Origin: a virus
Taxonomy: Duplodnaviria > Caudoviricetes
Strand: one strand, 5' to 3'
Virus record (IMG/VR): IMGVR_UViG_3300030052_000108
Location: 1 to 62,257 of that record
Length of the DNA stretch: 62,257 nucleotides
The translations under genes and the position numbers were made by a program. Of the stretch, positions 9,665 through 18,819 are shown one piece after another (the stretch's first letter is position 1; each line of letters begins with the position of its first letter). Below the pieces are notes generated by a model. The model did no database searches. It worked only from the letters and a program-made list of their open reading frames with translations, and was not told the origin of the DNA.

Positions 9665-9725
9665 AGCCGTTTGTCTTCCATCTTGAGCCCCCCCTCCGGT
9701 TGCTGGGTGCGCCGAGTAGGGTGGG

Positions 9726-10205
9726 TTATTCGTCGCCGTCGGCGCTCATTTTGATCGATTCGGCGAAGCCCGCTCGCCGCAATTTGCGCGCCACGCTTTC
9801 TGTTATCTCGTAACCGTGGGGCTTAATTTCGAATAGAGGGGCGGACTTCTCCGCACCCAACGAGTGGGCATATGCGATCAGCCGCCAGATGGTTGTTCGG
9901 TCTTTCGTGTCACCCAGTTCCGCGGTGAGCGCTGTCAGCCGGTCGCGCATTCCCTGGCGGAAATAATGGCGAATGATGTCGGACGGCCCTTTTACCTTGG
10001 GTGCTGCTGGCGGCAGATCTTCTGCCTTGGTATTGCGCACCAGCAGTTGCACTGCCTCGCCGACTTCCTTGATCTCATGCCAGAGCATCAACTCGTCGAG
10101 CATCTGTCGGGTGCCGCAAGGCGTCGTATGCCTTAGCGCCTGCTCGCCAAGTTCCTGCCGCTTCTCGGCCAGCGTGGCTGTTCGTTCTTCCTGGGTCACA
10201 GCCAT
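9726..10205 (-). CDS. Hypothetical phage protein
   Basis: Operon orientation, RBS. Confidence 0.65.
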   Translation of the reverse strand: MAVTQEERTATLAEKRQELGEQALRHTTPCGTRQMLDELMLWHEIKEVGEAVQLLVRNTKAEDLPPAAPKVKGPSDIIRHYFRQGMRDRLTALTAELGDTKDRTTIWRLIAYAHSLGAEKSAPLFEIKPHGYEITESVARKLRRAGFAESIKMSADGDE

Positions 10206-10286
10206 GGCCTATCTCTTCTATTCCGCTGGCCGGCAGTGCGAGCCAGGTTGGTCTGCGTCGTGCGCTGACCTGTTTGTGGATTCGTT

Positions 10287-10748
10287 TCACGCAGCGACCT
10301 TCTGCTGGTTCCAGGCTCCAACCGCTTCGAAGATTCGCGCGGCGTGCGCCTCGTCCAGTGACATTGCTTCCGGAATGGCGATCCAGCCGGAAGCCACCAT
10401 CTGGCTTTGGTTGGCCTCGTCGCGCAGCTTCTTGTAGCAATGCTCGATCACGTCTTCCAGGTGGTCGGAGAGGTAGACGCCATCGGGCGCTACCTCCACC
10501 GACTTGCTGTAGCGGTCGCCACGGGCGTCGATGCAAAGTGCGCTGAGGTAGATCGTCCACCGGTGGGGAATGCCGCAGACGGCCTGGCCAATCTTCCCCG
10601 GCGCGATGTTCTTCAGCGACTTGTAATTGATCATGCCCTGGCGGCCGCTGGGGCCGATGTTCACCACCGCGACGTGGTTGGTAGCCAGCAGTGAGCGGCA
10701 CGACCGGGCGATGCGCGCCTGGAGGTTGTGTGCCTTGCGCTTGCTCAT
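10287..10748 (-). CDS. Conserved hypothetical phage protein
   Basis: Translationally coupled to upstream ORF (ATGA overlap). Confidence 0.75.
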   Translation of the reverse strand: MSKRKAHNLQARIARSCRSLLATNHVAVVNIGPSGRQGMINYKSLKNIAPGKIGQAVCGIPHRWTIYLSALCIDARGDRYSKSVEVAPDGVYLSDHLEDVIEHCYKKLRDEANQSQMVASGWIAIPEAMSLDEAHAARIFEAVGAWNQQKVAA

Positions 10749-10987
10749 AATGCCTCCGCGAGTTTGCGCAGCGCATTACGCTCGGTCCTTGAAATAGGGG
10801 GCTTGCGGCGCTTCAGGATGGTTTCGGGGTCAATCTTTTCCGAACGCTTGGCGGGGTCTGGATTAATCACCGGGCTTTTACCGATGGTGTATTTCCCACC
10901 TGCTGCCAGGTGTTGCTGGACCTGAAAGGAAAGCTCCAGGGCTTTCGCACGCCGAAACTCGATGTCTGATTTCAGGTTACTGATCAT
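10745..10987 (-). CDS. Hypothetical phage protein
   Basis: Coupled ORF; basic C-terminus. Confidence 0.7.
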   Translation of the reverse strand: MISNLKSDIEFRRAKALELSFQVQQHLAAGGKYTIGKSPVINPDPAKRSEKIDPETILKRRKPPISRTERNALRKLAEAL

Positions 10988-10989
10988 GA

Positions 10990-11652
10990 TCAGGCTCCTA
11001 GGCGATGGGCTTGCGCCCGAGCTTTGTCCGCTACCTCATCAACCATGCGATTCAGTTCCAAGTTGAACTGGACCAGCTCTTTATGCAGGTTGGCGATGTA
11101 GTCCTCGTCGCGGTAAATCGTCTCGATATAGAGCTGACACTCTTCATCTTGGCGAGAATCAAAGGACAGGAAGTCCCACCATTTACGGCCCGTAACGAAC
11201 ATGCAGCCTTGGACCTGCGGCATGTGTTCCTCGGGCATGCCTTCGAGCCAAGTTCTGACGTGTATCGCTTCGTTGAAGGGGCACTTCGATTCGGTACCCC
11301 CATCATCGTTGATAAGGCCGTCTGGCGAGCAGCCGAGCCAGTCGTACTTCGGGTGAACGATGAACTCCGACGGCAGGACGATGTTGCCGGTCAACATCTC
11401 GTAGGCGTCCTGCGCCTTTTGTTCTTCGGTGTGGCCCCACTTCATAGAGGCGCTGCTGACGTTGTGCTTGGACTTCTTTGCCAGCCGTTCGAAGCACAGT
11501 TCGCGCATGTATGAGGTGCGGGTACCCATGGGCTCGCGCTTCCCGTTTTTGTCCGGTTTCCCCCAGGCCATGACATCTTTAAACCGACTTGCCGTCACAC
11601 GTCCTGATCGATCTGCACGCCACTTTTCCGTGCCCTGAAGTTCCGCCCTCAC
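10990..11652 (-). CDS. Lambda-exonuclease / YqaJ family recombination nuclease
   Basis: QGTEKW..R.G.VTAS, MKWG, GCSPDG, ESKCP, QVQG motifs; GTG start overlapping RecT stop. Confidence 0.92.
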   Translation of the reverse strand: MRAELQGTEKWRADRSGRVTASRFKDVMAWGKPDKNGKREPMGTRTSYMRELCFERLAKKSKHNVSSASMKWGHTEEQKAQDAYEMLTGNIVLPSEFIVHPKYDWLGCSPDGLINDDGGTESKCPFNEAIHVRTWLEGMPEEHMPQVQGCMFVTGRKWWDFLSFDSRQDEECQLYIETIYRDEDYIANLHKELVQFNLELNRMVDEVADKARAQAHRLGA

Positions 11653-12641
11653 TACGCAGCCTCCTCTGAATGGGACTGGTCGCCGCTGGGGCCGGTTATG
11701 TCGGTAAAGTCGGCATCGACGGTAGCCGCCAAGCTTTTTAGGGCTTCGTGGCATTCCAGGCCGATCGCTGCGCGCTGCTTCGGCTTGAGACCTGCCCAGG
11801 CGGCCGCGTAGGCGTCGATGTCCTGTTGCCTTGCAACGACCAGGAGGTCTGCGAATACGCCGTCTATTTCAGGCGATGGGGATTTGGGGCCAAACGAAAC
11901 GCCAGCAGCGGCAGCGATGTTTGCGGCTTGTTTGGTGGGAGTGATATCAATCTCGCCGCCGTATGAATCCTCGAACTCATCCGGCGTATAAACGCCAAGG
12001 ATCACGTCAGGACAGAAGAGGCGAGCCCATTTTTTGGTCACCAAGTAGGCGATCTGTTGTTTGGGGTCTTCCGCCCAAAGCGTTGAGTTGCGCGTGCGGA
12101 CCTGGGTCAGTAGAAGTTCCAGAACGCGCGGCTCGTCTTCGCCCCGGAAGGTCGCCCAAACCTTGATGCCGAGCCCTTTTTCGTCGTCAAAGCTCCAGGC
12201 AGGAACGCGATATTTTTTAAACTCGCCAGTGTCCTCGTCCTTCTTGGTCTTACTGGTAACTTCGCGCATCTTCCCGATGACGTTTTCCCAAGCGCCGAAC
12301 CATTCAAAGTTCAATCGACCTTTGACTGGCGCCTTGGCGGTAATCACAGCGTTGACGAGCTGCGCCTCGTAGCTCAATGCGCCGCCGTTGACGATGAATG
12401 TCTTCTGCGCCACGGCGAAGGGATTCATTTGCCACTGCATTGCTTGAAGCACCACCGCCATGCAGTCTGCTTGATTGCCCTTGAGATGTTTCGGGACGGT
12501 GGTTACGCCCTTCGACATCATCAGCGCGAGGTCGCTCATTGAACGCATGGTGCCCGGGTCAAGAATGAGCGCTGCCGCGTTGTGCGAAGGGTCGTGATAG
12601 GTCGCGAGGCCTGTTTGTGCTTGGGTGTCTGTATTGGTCAT
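11652..12641 (-). CDS. recT: RecT-family single-strand annealing protein
   Basis: VPKHLKG..ADC.AV..QA..W.MNPF.VAQKT...YEAQL...W..DP.QQ..Y; adjacent to exonuclease. Confidence 0.85.
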   Translation of the reverse strand: MTNTDTQAQTGLATYHDPSHNAAALILDPGTMRSMSDLALMMSKGVTTVPKHLKGNQADCMAVVLQAMQWQMNPFAVAQKTFIVNGGALSYEAQLVNAVITAKAPVKGRLNFEWFGAWENVIGKMREVTSKTKKDEDTGEFKKYRVPAWSFDDEKGLGIKVWATFRGEDEPRVLELLLTQVRTRNSTLWAEDPKQQIAYLVTKKWARLFCPDVILGVYTPDEFEDSYGGEIDITPTKQAANIAAAAGVSFGPKSPSPEIDGVFADLLVVARQQDIDAYAAAWAGLKPKQRAAIGLECHEALKSLAATVDADFTDITGPSGDQSHSEEAA

Positions 12642-12694
12642 AGCGCTCTCCGTGACCAACACGAGGTGTGTTGGCCGTGAGATGGAAAGGGTGG

Positions 12695-13855
12695 TTAGAA
12701 GCTGGTGGCGCGAAGCCAGGCGCGAGCAATGTCGAGATCCACGTCGAAGCCCAGGGCGACAACTTCAACAATGTCGTCAGCCGGCGGCGTTGTCGTGTCA
12801 GCGTTAATGGCTTCGGTCGCTGGAGCCTTTACGACAAGAGGTGCGGGCTCGGCCTTTTCTTCGATCAAGACGGCTGAGGTGGCTGCGGCTGGCACAGGAG
12901 CAGCAGCTTGGGCACGCAGGCGAGCCAGTTCTTCCTGATCCCGCTGATACTGGGCGTCACGCTCACGCTGCTGGCGTTGTTGCTCTTCCTGCTGTTCACG
13001 CTGCTGGCGTTGCTGTGCCTCCATGTCGCGGCGCTGCTTGTCCAGTTCGTCCTGCTGCTGCTTCAACCGCCTGCGGTCTTCCTCTGCTCGCTGCTTGCGT
13101 AGCTCCTCGGCTTCGGCATCGGCGATGCGTTGTTTCTCGCGCAACTCATCCAGTTCTTTCTGCTGGGCCAGCAACTTGGCAGCAGCCTCTTCTCGCTCAG
13201 CGGCAGACTTGAGCAGCGCTTCCAGTTGCTCAATGGCGTTGTCGCGAGCGATGGTGCCTTCGGCTTCAAATTCGCCATACTCTTCTGGCAGGATCACCGA
13301 CTCTTTGACGCCTAGCAGAATGCTGGAGACGTCTGCGGCGCTGCGGCTCGCATAGGCGGCAGCGACAGAACTGAAACGAGTAATTTTTGCTCGGATGGCT
13401 TCGACACGCTCAGCCTCGACACGCTCGCGCTCTGCCTTGGCATCAGCTATACGCTTTTCTTCGGCCTTGATCGCTTCATCGACAGGCTCTTCAATTGCCA
13501 GCACACGAGTCCTGAGCGTTTCACCGAACTCCTTGACTTGATTGACGCGAGCCTGAGCTTCTTTGACCTTTTGCTGATATGGCACCAATGCGGTTTTGGT
13601 GGTCTTATCCAGGGCGTAGCGCACATCGCGGATATCGACGCGAACTTCCTTCGCGCTCGCCAAGCCTTCGCTCGTCGAGCAGTCAACGACCAGCTTCGCG
13701 TAAGTTGTTTCCAGGCGAACGATTTGCTCCTCGTGCGGCCGATACTCCACGATGTCGGTGACGGCGACAGCAGGGGCGATGGACGTCTTGTATTCTTCGG
13801 TTTCGCTCGCTTGGAGCGATTCTTGTGCGATTGCTTGGTTGGTATTTTTGGACAT
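12695..13855 (-). CDS. Long coiled-coil phage protein
   Basis: E/Q/R/A-rich heptads; typical position upstream of recT. Confidence 0.75.
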   Translation of the reverse strand: MSKNTNQAIAQESLQASETEEYKTSIAPAVAVTDIVEYRPHEEQIVRLETTYAKLVVDCSTSEGLASAKEVRVDIRDVRYALDKTTKTALVPYQQKVKEAQARVNQVKEFGETLRTRVLAIEEPVDEAIKAEEKRIADAKAERERVEAERVEAIRAKITRFSSVAAAYASRSAADVSSILLGVKESVILPEEYGEFEAEGTIARDNAIEQLEALLKSAAEREEAAAKLLAQQKELDELREKQRIADAEAEELRKQRAEEDRRRLKQQQDELDKQRRDMEAQQRQQREQQEEQQRQQRERDAQYQRDQEELARLRAQAAAPVPAAATSAVLIEEKAEPAPLVVKAPATEAINADTTTPPADDIVEVVALGFDVDLDIARAWLRATSF

Positions 13856-13912
13856 GACGATCCCTCGCCGCGCCAGGCGCAGCATTGAAAGTGGTGGGGT
13901 TATGTGGTGCCG

Positions 13913-14140
13913 TCAGGCGGCAGAAACGATAGAGGCGTTGTAGTTGGCGTAAATCTTGTCGATGCGCGCCCGGAAGTAACGATGCTCGGCTTCGTCAATG
14001 ACCCGCAGCATGAAGGCCAAGGTGACGCATGATGTTGCCGCCGCGCTGGCATTGGCCTTGCCCAGGTCGCGAATCATGTTGTCGATCTCGACCTCGATCC
14101 AATTCACGGCGGTCTGGTGGTCTCGCTGGACAACGTTCAC
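13913..14140 (-). CDS. Hypothetical phage protein
   Basis: GTGA overlap with upstream ORF; GGAGG RBS. Confidence 0.65.
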   Translation of the reverse strand: MNVVQRDHQTAVNWIEVEIDNMIRDLGKANASAAATSCVTLAFMLRVIDEAEHRYFRARIDKIYANYNASIVSAA

Positions 14141-14367
14141 TCGACACCTCCTACTGGCTGGCAGATCAACTCCATCTGCGCCATGGCTGCGCCGATACGC
14201 AGCTTGAGACTGGCTCGCTCTTTGATACGCCGAGCCTCGCGCTCTGCCAGGTTGTCAGCCGTGTACTCGTGGAACAGGTCGACGTGTTGCTTCTTGCCGA
14301 AGTTCGGCAAATCCCAGCGCCTGTCGGATTCCCTGGCCTGAGCGCTATCCGCGTAACTGGTCGGCAT
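14137..14367 (-). CDS. Hypothetical phage protein
   Basis: Start set at MPTSY after GGAG. Confidence 0.55.
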   Translation of the reverse strand: MPTSYADSAQARESDRRWDLPNFGKKQHVDLFHEYTADNLAEREARRIKERASLKLRIGAAMAQMELICQPVGGVE

Positions 14368-14611
14368 ATAGGCGCTCCAGGCGCCGAGCGAGGGCGCAGG
14401 CTTCGTTGTGGCTGCGGCGGAACCCCATGACCTTTCCGGTCCGGTTGTCCACCACATGAAAGAAGTCGCGGCCTGCAGGCTTCACCATCATCCGGAAGGT
14501 GATCACCGGCTCAGGCCGCCCAATCAGCCGGTAGAATTCGGCGGTGGCGATACGGGAGCGCTGATGCAGGCCGTCGACTATGTCGCGGCGTGATTGGATG
14601 CTGTGGTGCAT
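14345..14611 (-). CDS. Hypothetical phage protein
   Basis: GGAGG RBS; FFHVVD..TGKV.GFR motif. Confidence 0.65.
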   Translation of the reverse strand: MHHSIQSRRDIVDGLHQRSRIATAEFYRLIGRPEPVITFRMMVKPAGRDFFHVVDNRTGKVMGFRRSHNEACALARRLERLYADQLRG

Positions 14612-14630
14612 GGTCACCTCCAGGATGGCG

Positions 14631-14816
14631 TTATTCAGTGGGAACGGGTGGGAGTGGCATCCAGTGACTTGGATCGCCGTACCAGAAGCACCATCCGAGA
14701 GTTTTGTCGTACAGCCACTCAGTGACCTGCATCTCGCCGTACTCGAACAGGCACAAGTAATCGCGCTTCTCGCCTTCTGGCGGCAGCCGATCGCTGCACT
14801 TGATCCAATCGCTCAT
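14631..14816 (-). CDS. DUF551 (Eaa-like) protein
   Basis: WIKCSDRLP ... SHWMPLP signature. Confidence 0.85.
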   Translation of the reverse strand: MSDWIKCSDRLPPEGEKRDYLCLFEYGEMQVTEWLYDKTLGWCFWYGDPSHWMPLPPVPTE

Positions 14817-14837
14817 GGCGACCTCCAGTGTTTTGGG

Positions 14838-15029
14838 TTACGCGGTGGCTGGCAGGGCTTCAAGAAAGCGCGACGGGCTCCAGTCGCAAGCCTCATCAGC
14901 AGGAATGTGGCCGAACATCGCGGTGCAGCGGCGGCAATGCACGCAGTCGCCGCAAGTCTTGCCCTCGGGCAGGTTCATCTGGTCAGCGTTATCCGCCGAC
15001 CGTGGATAAGGTGCTCGTTGCTCGCTCAT
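14838..15029 (-). CDS. Small Cys-rich phage protein
   Basis: MNLPEGKTCGDCVHCRRC...CDWSPSRF. Confidence 0.7.
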   Translation of the reverse strand: MSEQRAPYPRSADNADQMNLPEGKTCGDCVHCRRCTAMFGHIPADEACDWSPSRFLEALPATA

Positions 15030-15473
15030 GAGTGTCTCCGTTGATTCGTTGGTTCACCTGTATTCGTCAACACTCATGCCTCCCGCTGGTTGCCGATGGG
15101 CGCGGGGGAGGAGTGCTGACGGGTAGAGGTGGGGAAGGGTGATGCGGAAGGCCGGACGCGATCCCGGCGAGAGCGGACCCTTTCGGGACGACCGCTCGGA
15201 GAGGCTAACCACGCATAGCTGGCGCCCTATTAACCTGCGTTTCTCCAGGGCCGCCTAAGCGTTCAACCCAGCTTTCAACACCGCTTCTGCATCGGATATC
15301 GCTCGAATCCCTCCGAGCGTTGTCCGTCTACGCCGCGGCAAACTCCGCTCAGGCTCGGGACAAGGTGGCCACCCTGCTATCACGACAGAGGGCCGAGCGA
15401 TATCCGATACAGCCTGCGCTTCGGCGCGCAGGTGACCGGGCAGTTAACGACAGGCTGTCGTGGCGCTGGTTGT

Positions 15474-15830
15474 TCAGGCTGGGAATTTGAACCCTGCGTC
15501 TTGGAGATCCTTTAGGCGCTCGCAGAGAGCAACGTACTCCCTGAGTTCGGACAGGCTTTTTGGATCAAGGGTTGATTTCAACTGCTTGATTGCTTGGGCT
15601 ATTTCTGCGGCTTCGCGAGTAACCGTTTGCCTGAATACCCGAAGCTCTTCGATGTTTTCTTTTTTGATCTCTTCAAACACATGCTTAGCGTTGATGACGC
15701 CGGAATACGCAGCCTCTAGGGAGGCGGTTGTTTCCTTTACGCGGTCCTGCAGTTGAAGGCTTTTGGCCAACAAATCTTCGTAGCTGGAAATCTCCGAGGA
15801 CAAAAAGTCCTCGCTATTGAGCTGGCCCAT
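15474..15830 (-). CDS. Coiled-coil hypothetical protein, first gene of the PL operon
   Basis: GGAGG RBS before MGQLN; helical composition. Confidence 0.65.
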   Translation of the reverse strand: MGQLNSEDFLSSEISSYEDLLAKSLQLQDRVKETTASLEAAYSGVINAKHVFEEIKKENIEELRVFRQTVTREAAEIAQAIKQLKSTLDPKSLSELREYVALCERLKDLQDAGFKFPA

Positions 15831-16425
15831 ACATTCCTCCGTTGATTTCCAATGCCGCCTCATCGAAGCGGCATCAGTAAATCTGTGGAGCCCAGGCCCG
15901 CTACTGGCGACAGCCTGGGTTTGTTGCGTCAGCGGTGTGGCCCGTTGCCCGCTGCTGATTGCAGGGCTGGCCGGTCGTCTTCGTGGGTGGGCGGCGAGCT
16001 TCCTCCTCACGGCGTCAAACAGCATCTGTTCGCCATGGATCTCAGGTCCCTACAACATGCACGCTACAGCTCTGAATGCCCGGCTGAGTGGGGCAGGGTG
16101 CATGAGGTCCGGCGTTCCCAGCCGAGGCTATCGGGACCGCTAATTCAAATCTTTTTGGGCTGGCCGTGACCCGCTACTGGCGTCAGTCACCGGCTTGAAT
16201 CAAATGTCACTCCAGCCGCGGGCCTTTCGGCTTGTTCTCCCGCTGGATAACTGTTCTTGGCGCTTTACGCTGCACGCCCGGGTCAGTTGCCAACCCTCTG
16301 AACCGTTTAGGCCGGTTCATCGCTGCCTTTGAATCTGGGCCGGTGGTGATCCGGCAAGGGGTGTCGCTAAAGAGCGGCGCGGCTTTCGCTGCTGGCCGGC
16401 GGCCTTCGCTGCTGGCTTGAGATGA

Positions 16426-16467
16426 AATATAAGCCAACTTATTTATTGCGTCAATAAGCATGCTTAT
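16426..16467 (-). promoter_or_regulatory. PL promoter and OL operators
   Basis: Minus strand TTGACG-17-TATATT; palindromes ATAAG-N4-CTTAT at 16429-16442 and 16454-16467 matching OR. Confidence 0.85.
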
Positions 16468-16486
16468 ATATTTTCTTGCAGGCGAT

Positions 16487-16512
16487 AAAAAGCCCGCTCA
16501 GTGGCGGGCTCA
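16487..16512 (-). terminator. Intrinsic terminator after DUF1654 gene
   Basis: AGCCCGC-tcagtg-GCGGGCT hairpin with U tract on minus strand. Confidence 0.75.
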
Positions 16513-16513
16513 T

Positions 16514-16765
16514 TTACACGTCGCAGTACTCGCGCCAGCCGATCCGCACGGCGCCGTCTTCCAAATGTTCGATCCTTATGCCTGCGGTGTCGCCGATGTC
16601 TTGGATGACCTGGTGCCAAGCTTCAGGGCTTTCATCGTTGCGTCTGGAGACCTCAACCAACTGAATTCTCTGCACTCGAGGAGAGGCGATTATGCGTTGC
16701 AGACGACGGCGGACAAGCTCGTAGGAGTTCCGTGGTTTGGATGTGGGGTAGGTTGCCTGGTTCAT
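16514..16765 (-). CDS. DUF1654 family protein
   Basis: SYE...R.Q.II.SP..Q....R..DES..AW..V.......G....W pattern. Confidence 0.8.
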   Translation of the reverse strand: MNQATYPTSKPRNSYELVRRRLQRIIASPRVQRIQLVEVSRRNDESPEAWHQVIQDIGDTAGIRIEHLEDGAVRIGWREYCDV

Positions 16766-16784
16766 GCTTCGCTCCTTGCGATAT

Positions 16785-16800
16785 ATGTATGCATATACAG
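16785..16800 (-). promoter_or_regulatory. LexA (SOS) box upstream of DUF1654 gene
   Basis: CTGTATATGCATACAT on minus strand, one mismatch to CTG-N10-CAG. Confidence 0.65.
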
Positions 16801-17013
16801 TATTGTTGCTGAGATATATTGACAATAGGGCGGCAAGAGATTTCATGCACAAATGCATAAATCAATCTCAGCAGAAACCTGCTGGAGGGAGACGTCTTCG
16901 AATGGAGTTCAGCGACAAGGCAAGCGAAGCCGATTCAGCTGCAAGCGAACAAAAAATTTGATTGATAGCCCGTCAGTGTTGATCATCAATCGCTTAATGA
17001 GGAAGGAGCAGTT

Positions 17014-17502
17014 ATGACTCGAGCATGGAAGATTTCAGCCATTTTTTTATTGGGGCTTCTCAGCTCCTGCACGATGACAGGGCCAAAATTCACACCACTT
17101 GAAAATGCAGATTCCCATCGTGGTGTGATCTACGTGTACAGGCCCAGTAACTACGATATGGGCTTAATGTCTGCCTTGATTTCTTTGGATGGAAAGCAGA
17201 TAGCTTCTCTGGAGAACGGTGGTTACGTAGCTGTGCCAGTTGCACCTGGCGAGCACACGATTACTCAGAAATGGAAAGCTGGAATATTGGGGAACTCCGA
17301 TCTTGAGGGCGGCACCACGACCACTGTAGTCGACGTCAACAGCTCAGATGCCTCCTATGTCAGCCTCACATCCAGCAGTACGAGAGTGCAGGCAAAACGA
17401 TTCAATGCTGTTGCGGTTGAGCTGAAGTGGCAGCTCAATAAAGTCTCTGCCAATCAGGCATTGCCCGAGATTTCTCAATGTAGAAAGGTTGAGGCGATCT
17501 AG
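17014..17502 (+). CDS. DUF2846-like lipoprotein
   Basis: Lipobox LLSSC; IYVYRP...LENGGY....V.PGEH. Confidence 0.8.
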   Translation: MTRAWKISAIFLLGLLSSCTMTGPKFTPLENADSHRGVIYVYRPSNYDMGLMSALISLDGKQIASLENGGYVAVPVAPGEHTITQKWKAGILGNSDLEGGTTTTVVDVNSSDASYVSLTSSSTRVQAKRFNAVAVELKWQLNKVSANQALPEISQCRKVEAI

Positions 17503-17540
17503 CTCCAATCGGCCCGCGATAACGAAAGCCAAATTACGGA

Positions 17541-17652
17541 CAAAAAAAAGCCCGCTTGTGGGCGGACCAAAAGGGAATTCTTCAAATGAGTAGGGCTACT
17601 TTGCGCTTTGTCTTGTAAATGTCAGGTGAAAAGGATGTCGCTAAAGCAGAAA
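17541..17652 (-). repeat. 112-bp direct repeat copy 1 (promoter-short RNA-terminator unit)
   Basis: 104/112 identical to 19763-19874 by manual alignment. Confidence 0.9.
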
Positions 17653-17812
17653 ACCCGCACGGGGCGGGCTCTCTGTAATACTTGGGGCGCTGATCCCTCA
17701 GCGCTGCCAGTTTGCAATCACGCGGATTGCCAGCTCAATGGTGGCACGACGAAGGGTAGACACAAGAAGGCCGGCGCTGGGCCGGGCTTCAAGCAAGCAC
17801 CGAGAGTCGCAT

Positions 17813-18223
17813 CTACCCGGGCAAGTGCAAATCGCCACGATGGACTATGTGCACTTTATTACCATCCGGGTCACGCAGGTAAGCGCCATAGTAGCCGTCC
17901 CCATAGTGCGGGCGTGGCCCTGGTGAACCTGTATCAACACCGCCATTGCTAAGGCCTGCGGCGTAGGCTTCATCCACAGCGTCTGCATGTGGCGCGGAAA
18001 ACGCCACCATGCTGCCATTTCCCGCCTCGGCCTCTTTGAGATCGTAAGGGCAGTAAACATAAAAGCGAGGCAAGGGCCTGTTGGGGTTAACCCAGCATGC
18101 GGAGGCAGGCCCTCCATCGGGGGTTACAACCCGGCGGCATAGCCCAAGAGGGATCAATATGGCGTCATAAAACGCGGCAGCCTGATCAAGATCGTTTGTT
18201 CCAACGGTGATGTGACTGAACAT
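17813..18223 (-). CDS. VOC / glyoxalase family protein
   Basis: MFSHITVG.NDL..A..FY; GNG.MVAF; YGAYLRDPDGNK. Confidence 0.92.
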   Translation of the reverse strand: MFSHITVGTNDLDQAAAFYDAILIPLGLCRRVVTPDGGPASACWVNPNRPLPRFYVYCPYDLKEAEAGNGSMVAFSAPHADAVDEAYAAGLSNGGVDTGSPGPRPHYGDGYYGAYLRDPDGNKVHIVHRGDLHLPG

Positions 18224-18376
18224 CCGCGACTCTCCATCACTTTTGATGCGGGAACTCTATCGTCCCATTTTGTACGCAGAGGCGTACAGCCACCATTGGT
18301 CGGTCATAGTGCCATCATACTGAACGACCCCTGCAACCTGGCTCATACTCCCGAATATGATCATTAGGGGCTATCA

Positions 18377-18598
18377 ATGAGAGAGGCACAGCGGGGCCTG
18401 GCCCTCACAGGCTGGCGCGAGCTTTCTGCACTGGCTGGAAGTCGAATGGACGCAGAGGTTAAATACTTCGAATTGCTGAGGCGGGCTGACGCCATGGAGC
18501 GTGCCGACCTCATCACCAGCGATGAGTGGAGAAGGCTTGTGCAGCACGCCGGAGCATTGCTTTGCAGCACTGCACAATGTATGGGCGGGCCGGGGTAG
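18377..18598 (+). CDS. Small helical hypothetical protein
   Basis: AGGGG RBS; LLRRAD.ME...LI...EW..LV. Confidence 0.6.
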   Translation: MREAQRGLALTGWRELSALAGSRMDAEVKYFELLRRADAMERADLITSDEWRRLVQHAGALLCSTAQCMGGPG

Positions 18599-18603
18599 GG
18601 CGG

Positions 18604-18819
18604 TCAATCCGGCCCCTGGGCCTTCAGCCTGGCCAGGCCCTGCTTGATATGCCCTGCGTTCTCCCCGATCGCCTCAAGGGCGCCGCGCACGTTCTGGCCG
18701 GCATCCGTATGGCCTTGGCTTTCGACGAGCAACGTCAACTCCATCAGCGCAGCCTCAAGGGCGAGCTGGTTCTCGTAGATTCTTTCAAGCGTGTCTGGGA
18801 GGGAGTAGGGCGTATGCAT
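18604..18819 (-). CDS. Small helical protein, YENQLALEA family (paralog of 62048-62257)
   Basis: Shared YENQLALEA..ME and NVRGAL..I.EN motifs. Confidence 0.75.
   Translation of the reverse strand: MHTPYSLPDTLERIYENQLALEAALMELTLLVESQGHTDAGQNVRGALEAIGENAGHIKQGLARLKAQGPD

Noticed and set aside
15137-15293. Bona fide tRNA gene
   Set aside because: Too long, no canonical TTCGA loop or clear anticodon arm; kept only as a tRNA-like structure
17714-17735. Sigma54 promoter (TGGC...TTGC) on the minus strand
   Set aside because: Spacing between GG and GC is 4 bp too long for a -24/-12 promoter
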